Shown one piece after another: positions 11,167 to 20,259 of a stretch of 64,000 nucleotides of DNA. The stretch comes from Faecousia sp. GTDB lineage: Bacteria > Bacillota > Clostridia > Oscillospirales > Oscillospiraceae. Location: NCBI GenBank assembly GCA_045595945.1, contig JAZOBL010000011.1:852-64851 (forward strand). The letters run 5' to 3'. Positions within the stretch are counted from its first letter, which is position 1. Every line of letters begins with the position of its first letter. Under the pieces are notes generated by a model. The model was not told the origin of the DNA and did not search any database. It saw nothing but the letters and a program-made list of their open reading frames with translations. Both the position numbers and the translations under genes were made by a program.

Positions 11167-11973
11167 TCACAAACCGAATCCGGCCAGCACAATTACCGCA
11201 ACGATCAGCGCAGCCATGATCAGCAGCGTACTGTAATCAAACCGCTTAAACCGCAGCAGCTTCATTTTGGTACGGCCGTCACCGCCCTGATAGCAGCGGC
11301 ACTCCATGGCGGTGGCCAGCTCATCTGCCCGGCGGAACGCGCTGATAAACAGAGGTACGAGAATCGGCACCAGCGCTTTTACCCGATCCAGGAGCTTACC
11401 GGTCTCAAAATCAGCGCCTCTGGCCTTCTGGGCGGACATGATTTTATCCGTTTCCTCGATCAAGGTGGGAATAAACCGCAGGGCGATACACATCATCATT
11501 GCCAGTTCATGAACAGGCAGATGAATCCTTTTCAGGGGACTGAGCAAAGATTCCAATCCGTCGGTCAAGCTGATGGGAGAAGTGGTATAGGTCAGCAGAA
11601 ACGTACCGGAGATCAGCATTAAGATCCGGATAACCATAAAAATTGCTCGGCGCAGACCCTCCAGTGTAATGGTGATCTTCCAAAAACTCACCAGCACCGT
11701 TTCCCCTGCGGTGAAAAAAAGATTCAAAACGCCTGTAAAGATCAGCACCATTACCAGCGGCTTCATCCCCCGGACAATGGCCTTCACCGGTATTTTAGAG
11801 ATGGCAACAGCTGTGGCAAGAAAAGCAAATACTGCGCCGTAGGATAGCCAGCTCTCCGCAGAGAACAAGGCTACGATATACCCGATCAGGATAATCAGTT
11901 TTGTTCTGGGATCCAGCCGATGTACCACAGACACGCCTGGGAAATACTGACCCAATGTAATGTCTTTAAGCAT
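11167..11973 (-). CDS. ecfT: ECF transporter transmembrane component T
   Basis: HRLDPRTK, IALRFIPTL, AQKARG, AMECRCY. Confidence 0.94.
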   Translation of the reverse strand: MLKDITLGQYFPGVSVVHRLDPRTKLIILIGYIVALFSAESWLSYGAVFAFLATAVAISKIPVKAIVRGMKPLVMVLIFTGVLNLFFTAGETVLVSFWKITITLEGLRRAIFMVIRILMLISGTFLLTYTTSPISLTDGLESLLSPLKRIHLPVHELAMMMCIALRFIPTLIEETDKIMSAQKARGADFETGKLLDRVKALVPILVPLFISAFRRADELATAMECRCYQGGDGRTKMKLLRFKRFDYSTLLIMAALIVAVIVLAGFGL

Positions 11974-12826
11974 GGGCAGCCTCCTTGATCCGACACAGCT
12001 CCGCGACTGCCTGCTCCATAGTATAGACAGGATTTACCGGGATACCCAGCTTTTGCAGCTGCAAGAACAGGCGGGTAACCTCCGGAATATCCAGGCCCAT
12101 ATCCAGCAGCTCCTGGGCTCTTCTAAACACTTCAAGGGGTGTGCCATCCATCACCAGTCGTGAACCGTTCATAACCAGCAGGCGTTCCGTCAGCCGCGCC
12201 ACATCATTCATGGAGTGGCTGACCATCATGATAGTGGCATTTTTCTTCTGCCGGTAGTTTTCAATATTACGCAGGACCTCTGCCCTGCCCTCCGGGTCCA
12301 GACCAGCAGTAGGCTCATCCAGGATCAGAATTTCCGGCTCCATGGCGATCACACCGGCAATGGCAACCCGGCGTTTCTGACCGCCGGACAGGTCAAAGGG
12401 TGAAACCTCAAGCTGCTGGTCGGTCAGACCCACCAAGGCAGCTGCCTCCCGCACCCGGCGATCCACTTCCTGCAAAGAAAGTCCCATATTCTTAGGTCCA
12501 AAGGCGATATCCTTATATACCGACTCTTCAAAAAGCTGGTATTCCGGGTACTGAAACACCAAACCTACCCGAAAGCGGCTGGCCCGGGTGGTCTTTTTGT
12601 CGGTCCAGATATCCACGCCGTCCAGCTTGATACTGCCGGAAGTAGGCTTCAGTAGCCCGTTCAAATGCTGCATCAGGGTAGATTTACCGGAACCGGTATG
12701 TCCAATAATGCCGATAAATTCGCCCTTTTGGGCGCAGAAAGACACGTCCTCCAAGGCCACATGCTCAAAGGGCGTACCAGCGCTATATGTGTGATATAGG
12801 TGTTCCACCTGCAAGAAAGGTTCCAC
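11966..12826 (-). CDS. ecfA2: ECF transporter ATPase A2
   Basis: GHTGSGKST, FQYPEYQLFE, LSGGQKRR. Confidence 0.92.
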   Translation of the reverse strand: MEPFLQVEHLYHTYSAGTPFEHVALEDVSFCAQKGEFIGIIGHTGSGKSTLMQHLNGLLKPTSGSIKLDGVDIWTDKKTTRASRFRVGLVFQYPEYQLFEESVYKDIAFGPKNMGLSLQEVDRRVREAAALVGLTDQQLEVSPFDLSGGQKRRVAIAGVIAMEPEILILDEPTAGLDPEGRAEVLRNIENYRQKKNATIMMVSHSMNDVARLTERLLVMNGSRLVMDGTPLEVFRRAQELLDMGLDIPEVTRLFLQLQKLGIPVNPVYTMEQAVAELCRIKEAAHA

Positions 12827-12845
12827 GTATTGTTCCTCCTGTGGG

Positions 12846-13694
12846 TCAAGCCTTCAGCGCTTCTGCCAGTACCTGCGCACATTCTTCCGCATTGAGCCGG
12901 TCCAAGGGTAGGGAGAATCCCTGTCCGTTCAGCATCCGGCAAAGTTCCACCGTATCCGGCGCGGCAAGGCCCATCTCATGGAGCTTTTCCACCTGGGAAA
13001 ATACTGCCTGAGGGGTGCCGTCCAGTGCCACCGTTCCGCGATTCAGCACCACCACCCGATCTGCCTGAGCAGCCTCGTCCATATGATGCGTAATGAGAAC
13101 CACGGTGATATTCTTCTCATTTTTCAGCCTGGCGATGGTCTCCATGACCTCACGCCGGCCCTTAGGATCCAACATGGCGGTGGCCTCATCCAGCACGATG
13201 CACTTGGGTTCCATAGCGATCACGCCTGCTATTGCCACCCGCTGCTTCTGACCACCGGACAGAAGATGGGGTGCATGAAGCCGATAGTCGTACATACCCA
13301 CCTGGCGGAGGGCATTATCCACCCGCTGACGGATAGCAGGAGCCGCCACGCCCAGATTCTCCGGACCGAACGCCACATCCTCCTCCACCACATTGGCAAC
13401 GATTTGGTTATCCGGGTTTTGGAAGACCATGCCTACCGTACGACGCACGCCAATCAGCTTATCCTCCTGGGCGGTATCCATCCCCCAAACAAATACCTTT
13501 CCACCGCAGGGCAGCAAGATACTGTTAAAATGCTTGGCAAGAGTAGATTTTCCACATCCATTACTGCCAAGGATCGCCACAAAAGAGCCTTCCTGGATGG
13601 TCAAATTCAGATCCTCAAATACGGTAATACCGGGCGTGTCATCCACGCCCGCATAGGTATATGCCAAATGTTCTACATTGATTGCATTCTCCAA
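12846..13694 (-). CDS. ecfA1: ECF transporter ATPase A1
   Basis: GSNGCGKST, FQNPDNQ, LSGGQKQR. Confidence 0.92.
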   Translation of the reverse strand: MENAINVEHLAYTYAGVDDTPGITVFEDLNLTIQEGSFVAILGSNGCGKSTLAKHFNSILLPCGGKVFVWGMDTAQEDKLIGVRRTVGMVFQNPDNQIVANVVEEDVAFGPENLGVAAPAIRQRVDNALRQVGMYDYRLHAPHLLSGGQKQRVAIAGVIAMEPKCIVLDEATAMLDPKGRREVMETIARLKNEKNITVVLITHHMDEAAQADRVVVLNRGTVALDGTPQAVFSQVEKLHEMGLAAPDTVELCRMLNGQGFSLPLDRLNAEECAQVLAEALKA

Positions 13695-13709
13695 GATTGT
13701 TCCTCCAAA

Positions 13710-14576
13710 TCAGGGAGTCCAGCGGCCGGTTGAACCGCAAGGCAGCATACGGCCAGTGGAACGAACCGGAAGCCCCAGCTCTCCCACAGCGGTGCTTCCC
13801 CCATGGGTGGCGCCAAACACCACATCAGCAGCATACCCCACCGCAGAGGGGGCAAGGCCGGTGGTATAGGAATTGATAATCACAAACAAGGGGTTATCGG
13901 TCAGCAGCTTCGCGGTCTCCAACAGGAACGGATAGAAGCTGGTTTCCATCTTCCAAATCTCGCCACTGGGACCTCTGCCGTAGCTGGGCGGGTCCATAAT
14001 GATCCCGTCATACCGTCGACCCCGACGGATCTCCCGCTGGATGAATTTGGCGCAGTCGTCCACGATCCAGTGGATAGGCCGATCCGCAAGGCCGGACGCC
14101 TGGGCATTTTCCTTTGCCCAGGCTACCATGCCCTTGGATGCATCCACATGGTATACCTCTGCGCCACCGGCAGCTGCTGCCAAGGTAGCACCGCCGGAAT
14201 AGGCGAACAGGTTCAGCACCCGGGTGGGACGGCCGGCCGAGGCCACCTTATCCCGGATAAAATCCCAGTTGGCTGCCTGCTCCGGAAACACGCCGGTATG
14301 CTTGAAATTCATAGGCTTGACATTGAAGGTCAGATAATCCTTATAGTGAATCTGCCAGCGCTCGGGGAGATGGTGGTCAGACCAACGGCCGCCGCCGGTG
14401 GATGAGCGGATATACCGCGCATCATACTTTTTCCAGGCAGGATCCACATGGGGCGTATCCCAGATCACCTGGGGATCGGGACGTACCAGGATATACTTAC
14501 CCCACCGCTCCAGCCGCTCACCGGCTGATGTATCCAAAACCTCATACTCTTTCCATTCATCGGAAATCCAAATCAT
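13710..14576 (-). CDS. Class I SAM-dependent methyltransferase (RlmI/RlmK-like)
   Basis: HTGVFPEQ, VLNLFAYSGG, IIMDPPSYG. Confidence 0.88.
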   Translation of the reverse strand: MIWISDEWKEYEVLDTSAGERLERWGKYILVRPDPQVIWDTPHVDPAWKKYDARYIRSSTGGGRWSDHHLPERWQIHYKDYLTFNVKPMNFKHTGVFPEQAANWDFIRDKVASAGRPTRVLNLFAYSGGATLAAAAGGAEVYHVDASKGMVAWAKENAQASGLADRPIHWIVDDCAKFIQREIRRGRRYDGIIMDPPSYGRGPSGEIWKMETSFYPFLLETAKLLTDNPLFVIINSYTTGLAPSAVGYAADVVFGATHGGSTAVGELGLPVRSTGRMLPCGSTGRWTP

Positions 14577-14629
14577 CTGTTTCTCCTCTACATGAAAGCA
14601 CTGTCAATATGCGTATCACCGGCGGCAGA

Positions 14630-17413
14630 TCATTCTTCCGGTACGGTTTCCTCATTCGGTTCGGTACCTTCTGTGCCCTCCTCGCCCTCCTGCTCCTCCA
14701 CAGGCGCATTGGGATCGATGCCATGATCATTGGCATACTGCTCCCAAGCCTGTTGTGTGTGAGTTGGGCAGACAACATAAGGTGCTTCCACCCCTTGTTC
14801 CAGGTCATTCTTGATACCCTTGAAAACACCGTCAGAACCGTCGCTGTTCAGGAAATATACATAGTCATTACGCAGGTAATCTTTATACAAGCCGAACGGC
14901 GCAGCCTTCAGCAGTCTGTTAATATCTGCCTGGGTCATTTTCACCAGGCCTTTCCCCGACAAGCTCACGGTCTCGTCCACCCCGGCAAAATGATGACACC
15001 ACTCGGTAGCCACACCGCCGCCGGAGCAGTAATCCACCATCACATGCTTGTTGCATTCGCCCTGAGGCATGTCTTCCGGGTACACATACGCATCGCTGGT
15101 CGCAATGAAGTAATCCGGGTCTATGGGACTAACCATGCGGATGTCGTTCTTACAGGCATCGGTAGCCCGTTTGCCGCTGGTTAGGCACATACTTGCGGTC
15201 CAGAAGTTCCTTGTACTGTACAGGGAAATATTTTCCTTTCCCTCATGCAGGGGACCCATGACTTTCTTAAACAGATACGCAGAAGGATTGTTAACTCCTT
15301 GGGGACGGATCACTTCCGGGCTATCATAGCCGCACCAAACAGCTGCCGTATAATAACCGGTGTAGCCGCAGTACCAGCGGTCCTTACTGTCGCCGGTGGT
15401 ACCGGTCTTACCGGCGGTGGTAATACCATAGGAATAGCTCAGGTCTGCCTCATAACCGGTACCGCCGTTGGTTGCGGAAACAAGACAGTAGTTCATATAG
15501 TTGACGGTCTTTTCGCTGAGGATCTGCTCAGTCTCCTGGGTATTATCCAGTACCAGATTGCCCTCACTATCGTAGACCTTTGTGAAGGTTCTGGCTTCCC
15601 GCCAAATGCCGTCACCGGCAAAGGTTGCAAAGGCATTTGCCATTTCCCGGACGGTCAGACCCTTGTTCTGGGCACCCATGGCAAGAGGGCCTACGCCGAT
15701 ATCACTGCGAACATCCCCGTTGGACAGCTCATAGCCGTCCACAAGATTGGTGAGACGGAACTTTTCCTTGCCGAATTCGTAAGCATAGTTGATGCCAGAC
15801 TTGTCCAAAGTATTAGCCGCAACCGCATTGACAGAGTTGACCACACCTCTGTAGATGGTACGGGCATAGGAATATCTGCGGTTGTCATTGAGAGGATAGG
15901 GATCCGAGCCGCCACCGTAGGTCATAGGCAGGTCTGTAATCACCGTTGCCGGGCTGATGGCGCCGGACTCAAATGCAGGGGCATACACCGTTAAGGGCTT
16001 AATGGAAGATCCGGTCTGCAAGAGCGAGTCAGTAGCGCGGTTCCAGGTGTCAAAGCCCTCTTTTTCGCCGACACCGCCCACCATTGCCACGATGTCACCG
16101 GTTCTGTTATCACAGATCACCATAGCAGACTGCAGCTGCTGGCCGCTCCGGGTATCGGGGATGTTTTCCAGGTTGGTGTAGATGGCATCCAACTGCTCCT
16201 GCACCTTCAGATCGATGGTGGTAAAGATGTTGTAGCCGCCCTTCCGGATCTGCTGCATCATCATCTCCCGGGTGCCTTCGTTCCAGACCATGCCGTTTTC
16301 CTGGCACATAGCCTTGGCCACGTCCTCCAGAACCGTATCAGCAAACCAGGAGTAGTTATCCTGAGAGGCATCCTTCTCGGTCAGCACTTCGCCGCCGCAC
16401 TTGGGGCAGTAGAAATGCACATTATCTTCGGTATTAAAGTTCCGGGCTATATCCTTATGACCGCAGTCCTCGTTGGGGCAGGTGGTCATTCTGTCTGCAT
16501 CGTCAATGCCTGCCTTGAGCACCAGTTCCTGGGCAAGCGCTGCCTGATACTCCTCTTCCTCCAGCCAGCCGTAGTCGCGCATGGCCCAGAGGACATCCTC
16601 TTTTCGTTTGTGATTATTCTCAAAGTTCTGATAGGGATCGTAGTAGGTGGGAGAATTGGTAATGCTGATGAGTGCCGCACATTCGGCGGTGGTCAGCATC
16701 TCCACCTCCTTGCCAAAGTAGGCAGCAGCGGCGCTTCGCACACCCCGGCAGCCTTGACCCAGATAGATGCAGTTTAGATACATCTCCATGATCTCATCTT
16801 TATCATAGGTCTTTTCCAGCTGGATGGCCCGGAAGATCTCAATCACCTTACGGCGGACGGTTACATCGTCGGCAGATTCGTCCTCAGACAGCAACAGGAT
16901 ATTCTTGATCAGCTGCTGGGTAATGCTGGAGCCGCCCACAGAGTCGTCACCGAAGAACATTCTGGCGCAGGCTTTAATCGTAGTCACCCAGTCCACGCCC
17001 TGATGCTCAAAGAACCGGTGATCCTCAATGGAAACAGCTGCTGCGACAAGATCCTCAGGGATGTCCTCGAGGCTTGCCCATTTGCTGCTGGTCTCCGCAA
17101 AAATCTGCTGGTAAACCTGGATCTGGCCCTTCTCATTGACACAGAACATAGTGGAATTCTGGTCGTAATCCTGAGCATCCAACACGATACCACCGGATGC
17201 GGGAAAAATGTCCTCCTGCAGGTAATCCCCCAGGATCCCCACAAATACGAAGGCACATACCACACCGATCAGCAGCACGGTTGCTGCCGCACCAACTGCC
17301 ACCTTAAAGGCAGAAAAAGCAACCATCCATACCCGGTGCAGCAGCCGGAATGCCCAGCCGGGCTTCCAATCCTGTCTGGGGGGAATGTATTTTTTCTTCT
17401 TTCCTTCAGCCAT
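14630..17413 (-). CDS. Class A penicillin-binding protein (PBP1A-like)
   Basis: EDHRFFEHQG and GGSSITQQL (transglycosylase); SSIK, SVN, KTG (transpeptidase); N-terminal TM; GGAGG RBS before ATG 17413. Confidence 0.93.
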   Translation of the reverse strand: MAEGKKKKYIPPRQDWKPGWAFRLLHRVWMVAFSAFKVAVGAAATVLLIGVVCAFVFVGILGDYLQEDIFPASGGIVLDAQDYDQNSTMFCVNEKGQIQVYQQIFAETSSKWASLEDIPEDLVAAAVSIEDHRFFEHQGVDWVTTIKACARMFFGDDSVGGSSITQQLIKNILLLSEDESADDVTVRRKVIEIFRAIQLEKTYDKDEIMEMYLNCIYLGQGCRGVRSAAAAYFGKEVEMLTTAECAALISITNSPTYYDPYQNFENNHKRKEDVLWAMRDYGWLEEEEYQAALAQELVLKAGIDDADRMTTCPNEDCGHKDIARNFNTEDNVHFYCPKCGGEVLTEKDASQDNYSWFADTVLEDVAKAMCQENGMVWNEGTREMMMQQIRKGGYNIFTTIDLKVQEQLDAIYTNLENIPDTRSGQQLQSAMVICDNRTGDIVAMVGGVGEKEGFDTWNRATDSLLQTGSSIKPLTVYAPAFESGAISPATVITDLPMTYGGGSDPYPLNDNRRYSYARTIYRGVVNSVNAVAANTLDKSGINYAYEFGKEKFRLTNLVDGYELSNGDVRSDIGVGPLAMGAQNKGLTVREMANAFATFAGDGIWREARTFTKVYDSEGNLVLDNTQETEQILSEKTVNYMNYCLVSATNGGTGYEADLSYSYGITTAGKTGTTGDSKDRWYCGYTGYYTAAVWCGYDSPEVIRPQGVNNPSAYLFKKVMGPLHEGKENISLYSTRNFWTASMCLTSGKRATDACKNDIRMVSPIDPDYFIATSDAYVYPEDMPQGECNKHVMVDYCSGGGVATEWCHHFAGVDETVSLSGKGLVKMTQADINRLLKAAPFGLYKDYLRNDYVYFLNSDGSDGVFKGIKNDLEQGVEAPYVVCPTHTQQAWEQYANDHGIDPNAPVEEQEGEEGTEGTEPNEETVPEE

Positions 17414-17806
17414 TTTATAACCTCCAATGTCGGGTCGGTAAGCCCGAATGGTCAATTTCCTGTTTTTTGTATAGGCAAACCTATAGTCCGTATCATTATA
17501 ACACAAACATACAGAAAACGAAAGACCCAATTTGTGAATTATCTTTGTTCTAGTATGCCCATTTTTATCGAACCGTCTTTTTCCGGAAATTTTGATCTGC
17601 ACTTATCTAATCCACTCACATTGGGAAACGGTAATACATATTTTAATAACAAACGGATATACTTGGAATGTCAGTTCTGTCAAGTGGAGAAACTCCCAAA
17701 GTTCTATGCATGGATTTGTCACAATCAACGAACAAGGTTCTCTTGATTTTCACCCGGCCAGCGGTTAGAATAGAAGCATCAGAACAGTAGGTTTGGAGGT
17801 AATCCC

Positions 17807-18091
17807 ATGGAGAATCAATATGGTTCCGATTTTATTACCATCGTCGATGAAGACGGCACAGAATTTGAGCTGGAGGTGCTGACCACTCTGGAACACAACG
17901 GTGAAACCTACCTGGCTGTGACCCTGGCCGGCAGCGAGGACGAGGACAACGTGGAAGTGAGTCTTCTCAAATCTGTGGAAGAGGACGACGGAGAGCCCAT
18001 TCTGTGCGCAATCGAGGATGAAGATGAACTGGAGGCTGTCTATGGGCTGATCATGGAGCAGCTGTACGAGGAAGACGAGGAAGAGGAATAA
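17807..18091 (+). CDS. Acidic DUF1292-like protein
   Basis: ITIVDEDGTEFELEVL...YLAV...IEDEDELEAV; GGAGG RBS. Confidence 0.8.
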   Translation: MENQYGSDFITIVDEDGTEFELEVLTTLEHNGETYLAVTLAGSEDEDNVEVSLLKSVEEDDGEPILCAIEDEDELEAVYGLIMEQLYEEDEEEE

Positions 18092-18104
18092 CCGTTTTCT
18101 ATTT

Positions 18105-18294
18105 CCTGCTTGGTGCGTAATGTGTCCTTTTGGACCCACATTTATTTTTAGGGATGTTAGTTTTCCCGGCTGGATTGCAGACCTCCCGCCTGTGCTTTGA
18201 CACAAGGCGGACGTTGGGAGCAGCTAAGGTCGGGAGCGGCAACCCACCTGCCATTTGGTGCAGGTCATAATCGGATGCATACGGCCAAAGCGGG
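18105..18294 (+). ncRNA. ssrS: Probable 6S RNA
   Basis: ~190 nt closed rod (CCTGCTTGG...CCAAAGCGGG) with GGGAGCGGCAACCCACCTG...CAGGT segment resembling Firmicutes 6S; terminator follows at 18297-18329. Confidence 0.72.
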
Positions 18295-18499
18295 TCAAGG
18301 CATGGGACTTCGTTCCCATGCCTTTCTTTATGACTACTTTGCAGATTTCACAAATTTTGAGGGGATTCCTTTTCTATTTCCTATATATTTGAAAGAATTC
18401 TCTTGCAACTGGCGGAAAAATAGGTTATAATAGCTTGGTCTATGTGCCGGTCATGCGGCGCATGAGTTTACCATTCGGACAATGAGAGGAATTGATTAC

Positions 18500-20164
18500 A
18501 TGAGCGCATCTGACAAGAAGAAACTCCGCAAGGAGGAAAGAGCTGCTATGCTGAGCGAAAAGCAGCGCAAGGAACAGGCTGAGGCAAAAAAGCTGAAAAC
18601 TGCCTCCGTCACCTTTGTGGTGATCATGATCGTTGTGGCCTTGGTAGCCGCTTCCGTAATGATCTTCAATGTAGTGAACAGCAGCGGTATTATTGACCGT
18701 AACACCATCGCTGCCACCACCGGTGAGCACGAGATCAACAGCGTGCAGCTAAACTACTACTATAACGACCTGGTTCGCAACCAGTACAATCAGTGGCAGT
18801 CCGCATACGGTGACAGTCTGTCTATGTATACCCAGGTGATGGGTCTGGATGTCACCAAGCCTCTGGATGAGCAGGTCTATGATGAGGAAACCGGCAAGAC
18901 ATGGGCTGATTATTTTGTAGACAACGCTCTGGAGCAGGCCAAGAGCGACTACAGACTCTATGACATGGCTATGGCCGATGGCTACACCCTGTCTGCCGAT
19001 GAGCAAGCGCAGCTCAAGTACAATATGCAAAACATCGACTTCTATGCCCAAATCTACGGCTATAAAAAGACCGATGACTATCTAAAGTCCACCTACGGCT
19101 TTGGCTCCGATGTAGACTCCTATACCGAGTATAGCACGGTTTCTACCATCGCAAGCAACTACTACAACAAGTATAAAACCGACCTGACCTACACCCATGA
19201 GGACATCCGTGACCACGAAAAGGACAAGGAAGTAAACTACAGTTCCTTTGACTTTGCTACCTACTATGTCAGCACCAGTTCCTTCCAGAAGGGCGGCACC
19301 AAGGACGAGCACGGTCACACTGTGTACACCGATGAAGAGAAGTCCGCTGCCATTGCTGAGGCTAAGGCTGTTGCCGAAGAGCTGGCAAAGAACGATAGTG
19401 TTCTGACGCTGGATAAGGCCATCAAAGCTCTGGAAATCAACGCTAATAACGAAAGTGCCACATCTTCCAAGTATGCTGATACCCGGTACACTTTGATCTC
19501 TGAAGTCTATCGCGACTGGTTGGCAGAGGAAGGCCGCGAGGAAAACGATATCAAGGTATTCGAAAACAAGATCACCTCTACCGATCCCCATGCTGAGGAA
19601 GGCGAAGAGACTGTTGGCGGCTACTATGTTGTGGTATTCCAGGGCCGTGATGACAACATGCGTGCTCTGGCAAATGTCCGCCACCTGCTGGTTATGTTTG
19701 AAGGCGGCACACAGGATGAGGACGGCCACACCGTTTACTCCGACGAAGAAAAGGCTACTGCCAAGGCCGAAGCAGAAAAGTATCTGAAGGAATGGAACGA
19801 TGGTGAAGCCACTGAAGAGAGCTTCATCGAACTGGTGAAAGAGCACTCCGATGATAGTTCTGCTTCTGAGGGCGGCCTGTTTGAGGATATCCACAAGCAG
19901 TCTGACTATGTGCCCACGTTCCGTAGCTGGGCCATTGATGAGACCCGCAAGGCCGGCGATACCGGTGTCATTGAGTCTGAGTACGGCTATCATGTCATGT
20001 ACTATGTAGGCGACGGCGAGCTGACTTACCGTGACTACATGATTCAGGAGGATCTGCGTGCTGCGGATACCGAGGAATGGTACGAAGGCCTGCTGAAGGA
20101 TGTTACCATTACCAAGGGTGATATTTCCCGTCTGGCAACCGACATGATCCTGGCAGCAGGTTAA
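18500..20164 (+). CDS. Membrane-anchored parvulin-type peptidyl-prolyl isomerase (PrsA/SurA-like)
   Basis: N-terminal TM; VRHLLV, SDDSSASEGGL, ESEYGYHVMY; promoter-like TTGCAA..TATAAT at ~18403-18431. Confidence 0.85.
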   Translation: MSASDKKKLRKEERAAMLSEKQRKEQAEAKKLKTASVTFVVIMIVVALVAASVMIFNVVNSSGIIDRNTIAATTGEHEINSVQLNYYYNDLVRNQYNQWQSAYGDSLSMYTQVMGLDVTKPLDEQVYDEETGKTWADYFVDNALEQAKSDYRLYDMAMADGYTLSADEQAQLKYNMQNIDFYAQIYGYKKTDDYLKSTYGFGSDVDSYTEYSTVSTIASNYYNKYKTDLTYTHEDIRDHEKDKEVNYSSFDFATYYVSTSSFQKGGTKDEHGHTVYTDEEKSAAIAEAKAVAEELAKNDSVLTLDKAIKALEINANNESATSSKYADTRYTLISEVYRDWLAEEGREENDIKVFENKITSTDPHAEEGEETVGGYYVVVFQGRDDNMRALANVRHLLVMFEGGTQDEDGHTVYSDEEKATAKAEAEKYLKEWNDGEATEESFIELVKEHSDDSSASEGGLFEDIHKQSDYVPTFRSWAIDETRKAGDTGVIESEYGYHVMYYVGDGELTYRDYMIQEDLRAADTEEWYEGLLKDVTITKGDISRLATDMILAAG

Positions 20165-20177
20165 TCAAATTGCACAC

Positions 20178-20256
20178 AAAGGAGCGCCGCTGATGCGGTG
20201 CTCCTTTTTTTCTATGAAAATGCTTTGAAGGCAGGTGTATTCACCTGCCTTCAATT
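20178..20256. terminator. Pair of terminator hairpins between convergent units
   Basis: AAAGGAGCGCCGC/GCGGTGCTCCTTT plus T-run; TTGAAGGCAGGTG/CACCTGCCTTCAA. Confidence 0.8.
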
Positions 20257-20259
20257 ATT

